A stretch of DNA of 63,087 nucleotides, filler included, from Klebsormidium nitens (taxonomy: Eukaryota > Plantae > Klebsormidiophyceae), in NCBI GenBank assembly GCA_000708835.1. It is 7 parts of 7 records of this genome, joined end to end, with 100 filler letters (N's around TTAATTAATTAA, not from the genome) between each part and the next. Parts side by side here need not be neighbours in the genome. Positions count along the whole stretch, not along the records: positions 30,238 to 57,692 come from DF237811.1; positions 57,793 to 63,087 come from DF238436.1; 5 more parts are not named here. One strand, 5' to 3'. A program made the position numbers and the translations under genes. This document shows positions 56,401 through 63,087 of this stretch, one piece after another. How positions within the stretch are numbered: the stretch's first letter is position 1; each line of letters begins with the position of its first letter. The notes beneath the pieces were generated by a model. The model ran no database searches, was not told the origin of the DNA, and saw only the letters and a program-made list of their open reading frames with translations.

Positions 56401-57692
56401 AAGTTGCACAGAAACGTATGCTGAAAACAATAACCTGTAGACCTGAGAAATAGAGAAGAAGTACTTACATGTCATCATGGATCCTGCATGCCCCTGCGCA
56501 TCTTCTCCAGCTCAGTCTGGTACTTCAATTTAATGTCCAGCATTTGCAGATTTGTGTCTGCCTTGTCCTTTGCAATACGTTCTTCAACCTCCAGTGCCTT
56601 TGCTGCCATGCTAGCGTACACCTTCGTGAAGTTGTCGATGCTTCTTGCTAGCGCTCCCCCAGGAGAGCCCTTCAAACGCTTGTTCTTCCCATTGATCTGA
56701 CCATTGATTCCAGGTTTCTTTTCAAACTTTTCCCTGGGGCTTCCCCGGCCTGGATCCAGCTCGTCCTCCGTCGGCGCAGAAACGCGGCGCTTGGCCCTCT
56801 CTGACTCCGCAGAGGTGGGCTGGGGGCTGGGGGTTGGGGGCTGGGAACTAGCAGGGGACAGGACTTGCTCTGAATGCTCCCCCGCTGCAGGCTGGTCAAC
56901 CGCGTCTGATTCGGCGCCCGCATTCTCCCCAACATACTCTCCCTCCTCATCCCCCGCAACGTTGCCTCCTGTCGATATGACTGGCGGGGCAGGCACCTCA
57001 AGAAGCCCGCTGTCAATGGCTCCTGGAATACCGATGACCTTGGGCAACTTCTTCAGGTAAGGAGCCAGGACTTCGAAGAGGACCCATGAGCTATTCACAG
57101 ACCCCGTGCTGGTTTTCTTCTTCAATTCTGCCGCAAACCTCTTCTTGAGACTGTTGATCTTCTCCTGGCACTGCTTGACTGTGAATGGGGCTACACCCTC
57201 TGGGAGTTCCTTGTTTATCTGCTCTGTCACAAAGCTCCAGTTGTGAGTTTTAAAATTCCCTTGCTTGATCCTTAGAAACTCCTCTCCCCAAACGCCAACG
57301 AACTTCTGGTCCAGCTCTGGGTTCCAATTAGCAGCCACTTTCTTGGGAGGTGCTGCAGCAGCAGCATGTGCAGCAGGTGCGGGGATGGCAGCGCCATCTG
57401 CTGCATTGGCGGTCGCCATGTTGGCGCTCTCCTTAAGAGTTGCTCTCCTGCCAGCACTTCAAGCTAAGCAGCCTTTCTTTCCGGAGTTCAAAGTTTCCCG
57501 CCTGAACTGCGACTTCAAGGTCACGTGACGAGGTACCTGCCATCGCCGGCCCTGCCTGGCCCAGCCTGGCCAGGACCTGTACCCGGCCGAAAGTCCTGGC
57601 GGCCGGCGGTGGCCAAATTCGGAGTTTCTTGGCGAAACGACCTGGCCTGGCCTGCCGGATTCGCGGTTTCCGGGCATGTGTGAACAGTGTAT
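54923..57692. mobile_element. Autonomous-looking PIF/Harbinger transposon (transposase + Myb/SANT, convergent)
   Basis: Perfect 18-bp inverted repeat atacactgttcacacatg (54923-54940) / catgtgtgaacagtgtat (57675-57692), enclosing two intact ORFs. The right flank is a gap, so the TSD cannot be seen. Confidence 0.85.
56475..57419 (-). CDS. Myb/SANT-like (trihelix/MADF) DNA-binding protein of the Harbinger element
   Basis: NWNPELDQKFVGVW...NWSFVTEQIN...TVKQCQEKINSLKKRF...SSWVLFEVL, followed by a low-complexity linker and a C-terminal coiled coil. Confidence 0.9.
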   Translation of the reverse strand: MATANAADGAAIPAPAAHAAAAAPPKKVAANWNPELDQKFVGVWGEEFLRIKQGNFKTHNWSFVTEQINKELPEGVAPFTVKQCQEKINSLKKRFAAELKKKTSTGSVNSSWVLFEVLAPYLKKLPKVIGIPGAIDSGLLEVPAPPVISTGGNVAGDEEGEYVGENAGAESDAVDQPAAGEHSEQVLSPASSQPPTPSPQPTSAESERAKRRVSAPTEDELDPGRGSPREKFEKKPGINGQINGKNKRLKGSPGGALARSIDNFTKVYASMAAKALEVEERIAKDKADTNLQMLDIKLKYQTELEKMRRGMQDP

Positions 57693-59792
57693 NNNNNNNN
57701 NNNNNNNNNNNNNNNNNNNNNNNNNNNNNNNNNNNNTTAATTAATTAANNNNNNNNNNNNNNNNNNNNNNNNNNNNNNNNNNNNNNNNNNNNAATAGGGT
57801 TTTGAATCTCCGAATTGGGGAAGCTCGACCTTAAGTTTTCAATAAGTTCACAGGTGGGGATCTCAAACCGTCACGGTGGAGGTTTTTGCCTATGCAAATC
57901 ATAGAGTGAATTTGACCGTGAGTTCCAAACTACGGCGGTCACTTTCAGTAGCTTATTGAAAATCGAACTTTCAGCCATCGAAACTTAGGGTTTTGACTCG
58001 AACCGTCGAGGGCTCCGAGACCGTGCGATTGTGAATCTGACGGTCGTTGAAGGAGCCCGGTATCGAACCACTTCGATCTAAAAATGGCGTGGTTGCATTG
58101 TGTGGGCGAGGCTGGAAACCTACCAACAAACAAATTCATTTGTGTTATGATGACTCAGCTGAAAAATGAAGAAACAACGGAACACATATACAGAAAGTGA
58201 GTGCTGAGCTGCAGCCTCATGGCCCGTGCCGCAGGTCAGCAGGGGTGAGGCGCCCATGATGGCTTCCGCCTACTCAACAGCTTTGTCCTAGTCGAGATCC
58301 ACTTTCAGTTGTTGTGTGGTGTGCAAAACTTGGTTAGGCCCCTTCTTCTTTAATGCGAAATCAATCGGGCGGGTTTCGAAGTAGGTGATCCGATCGGACG
58401 GTTGCGGTATCATTTTAGCAAAAACCTCGGGCAATTTGAATTCGCGATTCAAGCGGACGTGGTTTAAGACGTGGTTTAGAGAAGCGTCACTTTGAACCGG
58501 TAGCCCTCGCAGTAGCGCTTGTTTTGATTGAGGACCCGTGTCGCCCCCCTTCCCGACTTGCCGCTGGCTCAAGTCCCAAGTACTCGCCCCCTATGCCCTC
58601 TAAGCCTTGGTTGAAATCTCAAGTTCCCCTCCCATCTAAAGGCTTATAGATTGCAGATATTTTGAATGATACCGGTAGGGTGTATTTACATGATTATGTT
58701 TCCGGCCAACCCCTACAGCAAGCTATAGTTGCAAGGGCTGTTTGACCAGTTGGTGGAGAACTCCCTAATCTATTATGCAGTAAAATCCAAAAAAATATGC
58801 TCCATCGGGGCTCCAATTTCCTCTTACCCTCTCAAACCTTTGTACTTCAAGGGTTGCAAAGGCTCACCCCTCATGTAGCTCCGAGATTCTTCACATGCTG
58901 CCAAGTTCACCCCCAGTTCACGAGCTGAGTGATATAGTAGTCCCAACCATTGGTGTGCAGTAGCCCCGACCAATGAAAATATCACCGACCACCTATAAAG
59001 GCACCGACTACAATTCAAGTGGTATTTAGCCAGGATAGCGAATGCTTTCGTGTGCCACATGTGCCACATGTGCAAATAATTAGAATAACATTGCGGTCAC
59101 TTGGATACAGTTTTATATTGTTAAACCGACTAGTAGCGACGGACTAGATCAGATCACGGCTGAACTACATTTACGTACGGATTTACCGTGTGTTTGAAAT
59201 GTCGTTAGTGTTGCTTGAGCCGGCCTCCCAAGTCCTCGGTTGGACACGATTCGCACGTCTTCGCATTTTCGAGCGCTCCGAACAGATTTGCCGAGCATTG
59301 CCAAAGAGTTCTCGAATCTGAATACTATGCTCGACTTGAAAAAATAGCTGCTTTAGTAAATTGATAGCTTTCATATGTAAGGATTTTTGCCATAGAAATC
59401 ACCGGTACAGTAGTATTTGTATATGTCATCAATGCTGCCAGTGTTAAGGTCGAACTTCCCTAATTCGGACACGCAAAACCCGGCTAATACCGTAGGAACG
59501 ATAATGTCGAAGACGTTCAGTCGTCACCATGCAAAACTTGAGCGTCTCTTCATCTTTTTGAGATTCGTCTTTTGCAACATGACGGGCACATCAAATGGAT
59601 GCTAGGAAGCTCTAGTTGACAGAAAACAACCACTCTAGCTATGTGTGGTGACGGACAAAACATGCCTTTTTTGGGGATTCTGCGCATCGTTCGGAATGAC
59701 GTTCCACGTAATATAGGGCACCTATGACAAATTTCAGCCACGGAAGAGGGGAAAAATTCAACAGCCGACTACTGGGGGTCTTTGGAACATGG

Positions 59793-59928
59793 TCCCAACA
59801 AACTTTAACCTAGGATTTGGGAGATATCACATGCACTTTTTGGTATGCCTGCAAATCAGCGGGAAATCAGCGCAGCGCCAAAAAGTGCATGTGATATCTC
59901 CCAAATCCGAAGTTGAAATTTGTTGGGA
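59793..59928. repeat. Compact hairpin: 31-bp perfect arms extended by imperfect pairing, 34-nt loop
   Basis: ggatttgggagatatcacatgcactttttgg (59813-59843) is the exact reverse complement of 59878-59908. Outer tcccaacaaa / tttgttggga also pair. Confidence 0.9.
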
Positions 59929-60911
59929 AATTTTAGAGTAGCCTAGTAATTCCGCATAAAATCGGTCACAATTTGGCCGTCCATTGACCCAGATCTCATC
60001 ATCCACTTAACGTTCTTCAACAAGACTCGTCCATTGACTACCGTCAAAATGCACTCTGCGCAATGGCTTTTCAATACCTTTGCTACTCAAGGTGCTGCCC
60101 CAATCCCGTCGAGTGTTCCCCCGTTTCCGCCGCCATGTTCGCCCGATACCGTTCTTCGGGCGCTCGTCTCGTGCGGAGTGTCTCTTTTGAACGCCGCTTT
60201 TTGACGCCCGCCTCAAGACTCGCTCTGGGTGTCAGTTTCGCCCGTAGAAGTAGTTCCTAGATCGCGCTGAGTGTCGGCCTCCACATAGGGGTACACCTAC
60301 ATCCGTCCGACTCGGGGGGTTTATGTCTTCACTGCATCCAGAGGAAGATTCTGCACAACATCTCCAGGCCGGATGTAGCTTGCGTGTTTTCTAGTGCCAG
60401 ATACCCTCACATAAGATTCAAGCAGCTTTTCTCGATTCTCAGAAGCCCATGAAAAGGGTATTCGCGCACCCACACCCATAGCATTCGCGGGCAGGGCCAG
60501 CAAATGGATAAGATTAAAGCTTCGAGGCCCCCCACCCTCTTTTTTCGAATTAAAGCAAGCTCAACGATTACCCAGGGCCTGGTCTCATCGACGACGACGT
60601 CGCGAGAGAAAAAATACTCTTTCTGTTGAAACACGGCGTGTTGGAACGAAGAATCGAATGCATGATTTAGTTCACACAATACATGTCGAGTGTTCGGAGT
60701 CTAGCGGCGCTAAAGCTATGTAGTCCGTGTGCTATGCTCGTGTAGAGTCACACTCCTAGTCTAGGTCTAAACTAATAGCCATATAGGCTCAATTGACTGC
60801 GGATAAGCAAGTCCAAGAGTCTCGCGCAAATCTGAATATCTACGCTTAGAATCGAACCTACTCATTACGGCGATTATCCCAGTATGTCATTCCGGTGTAA
60901 AGCTGTAACCC

Positions 60912-61720
60912 ATGCGCATTCAACCGCCAACCGCCCACTACAAATTATCGTCGAACTCCCGTTGCGTCACCGAAGAGATTGCTTACACAACATGCCTAGA
61001 TCTCAACAAAGAGCTTGAGGTGGAGGTAGAGGCTCCGGAGAGGATGACAATGCAGAAAGCGCGTTTGTTGCTAAGCGGGAATGGTATGGATGACCGTTTC
61101 AAGAGGTCAAAGCGAGCGGATAATCACCGGAGGGGAAGTGGTGACGTTCGGAGACGAGGACTTTGCTACGCTTGCGATGAAAAAGGCGTATTGCCGAAAG
61201 CAGAACGCCGAGTGCTTCAATTATGGTGAGAGGGGGAACATTAGCTCGGTGTGTAGAGAGCCTCAGAGTGGTGCAAAGAGCGGCGGTGAGGACCAGCCGG
61301 ACCGGAAGGACGTTTGCGGTGTAGCGTTTACGACGTGGCGCAAGGAGGCGTGAGCGCCGGCAGGTGTGTAGCTTGTTGACCGTTGGAGCACCCAATACAT
61401 CACGGCGGAAAAAAGCCAATTCCCAAGTTCCGAGAGGCTTGCGTGTACAAAGAGGATAGAGGGGCTTGGCCCCCCAAGAAGCCTTGACGGCTGTGGGGAT
61501 TGGGAAAGTCGTCTTGGAGTGTCAAACGCCAAATGGTGCAAGCACGGTAACCTTGAACGAGGTTTGGCACATTCCCGGAGCGAGGGCAAATTTGTTTGCT
61601 ATGCGTAGAGCAACGAATGCGGATGCAAGGGGCTTCTTTGAAACGGGAATTGCCGGATTGAAACGGAAGGCGTGGGGATAGTATGGAGGCGGTGCAAACG
61701 GCTTTGTTGAAATCATTCAC
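60912..61720 (+). pseudogene. Degraded Ty1/copia gag-protease fragment
   Basis: Decayed zinc knuckle (ECFNYGERGNISSVCRE) and copia protease-region motif (LTAVGIGKVVLEC...VTLNEVWHIPGARANLFAMRR) with stops and frameshifts. A possible TG...CA LTR at ~60682-60990 is unverified. Confidence 0.65.
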
Positions 61721-63087
61721 TCATGCTTGTCGTGGTCTATCATAAGCGCCTTCACAAAGAAGCGCCTTTCTCCCTTCATGCATCTCTTCGAATGAATGTC
61801 AATACATGACAACAGTTCAAAGTCACTCCAAAACCTTAGTTAGACGTACTCTAGCCCGGATCCTTCTCGTTCTCCCACTATGAATGTAGCTCCAAGATGA
61901 AGTACTCATCTACCGGCTTGTATGCTGCGACGTTGGATACCATCTGCTTGATTGGTCGTTCATGTGCTGCCTAAACCTTTTCTTTATGAGGACCCTTGTC
62001 CAACTTATAAACACTTTCGAGTTCACTGTGCATTGTCTTTTTGTAAACCTTGTATTTTACTGGACTCGCCTTTCCCCAATCTTCTAGTCACTTCTCGATT
62101 TTGCGTCTTGTCGTTGGGGCCTCCGCGGCCACCGCCTGAGCACGGAGCTGCAGCAGCCGCGGGGGGTATAAGGGGCCGAAAGCGTTGACAAGATCGGTCC
62201 GGTTCAACGACACGTGAACTTCAAGCACCACTGCGAAGCCGACAGAGTCTGCTGCGCCAGGAGCGTGTGCGGGGACCTGGTCTTGCGCACCTGCCGCAAG
62301 CTGTGCGTTGTCAGGTGATTGTTCCAGCTTCCTCTTCATGAGGTAATTGACCTCTCGCCTTGCCAAACCAAATGTAGTTTGTGTGATCAGAATCTGAAAG
62401 TTTTGTTGTCCAACATGTGTCTTTCTCACTGCTCGAAGTCAAACACACTTCAATAAAACTCTTAAGTAGAGTGAGTGATTTTGGTAAGGTTTCCGGTATG
62501 AAATTCCAAGTGGTCTTGGGCCCTCTTAGTCCGATCTGGCTTTAAAAATTGAAGCAACTTGTTGGACCTTGCTTCGTGAATCGAATCTGCAACCTCGAAA
62601 TCAGCGTCATGAGCAAAAAGAGTTGCGCCGAATCCGTTTTTTCAAGGAGCCCAAAATCACGATAATCGAGACGCAGGGAAACAAAACGTGGAAGAGAATT
62701 GAAACTCACGATTTGCAGGTTAGATCGGTTCTGAACACCGTTGATTCGTACATGTGCTGCAGTGAGGTCTTTGATGCGCAAGAACGGCTTCTCTTACTCA
62801 AAGGGTGCGGAGGGTGTTAGCCTGCCACCACGAGTGAGCGCCTTGTGTGCGTCGTGTTTGATCAGATGATTCTTGTCGGATGTCACTCCGTGCTTCGAAA
62901 GAAAGAAACTGTTGAAACTCATGGTAGGGAGTCGTGGTGTAGTTGAGATGCTCATCATCGGGTCTTATCGTGTTGCCCGGCACCCCATGCTCATCACTCA
63001 TTGATGGCAGCCATGCATCCTAAGAGGAACACTTGAAGCGCCTTACAAGCGGCTTCCTTCTCTCCACAAACTTCTCTTAGAATGATG

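Noticed and set aside
60682-60990. Putative copia LTR (TG...CA)
   Set aside because: No recognisable primer-binding site follows and there is no second LTR in the window.
62088-63001. Short ORFs at the window end
   Set aside because: No recognisable motifs or convincing splice chain within the window.

Overview
Eukaryotic nuclear scaffold with GC-rich, intron-rich host genes and several N gaps. Gene style and the plant-type ACLA sequence suggest a streptophyte green alga such as Klebsormidium (inference, not confirmed). Host genes: class-3 lipase, ATP-citrate lyase A subunit (9 exons), a coiled-coil protein, a C-terminal J-domain protein, a divergent HD-Zip homeobox factor and an Ala/Pro-rich unknown. 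About half the window is mobile DNA: a KDZ (Zisupton-related) transposase, a decayed DIRS/PAT-type retroelement with an inverted recombinase, a complete hAT element (13-bp TIR, 8-bp TSD), a two-gene PIF/Harbinger element, several MITEs and a Ty1/copia relic. The most unusual feature is a compact, intronless three-gene module at 2597-6755 (PrimPol/Zn-ribbon/SF3 helicase, small basic ORF, virus-type tyrosine recombinase) with a duplicated terminus. It looks like an endogenous Polinton-like virus or a capsid-less, self-replicating integrative element. Its distal part runs into an assembly gap, so the presence of capsid genes cannot be judged here.
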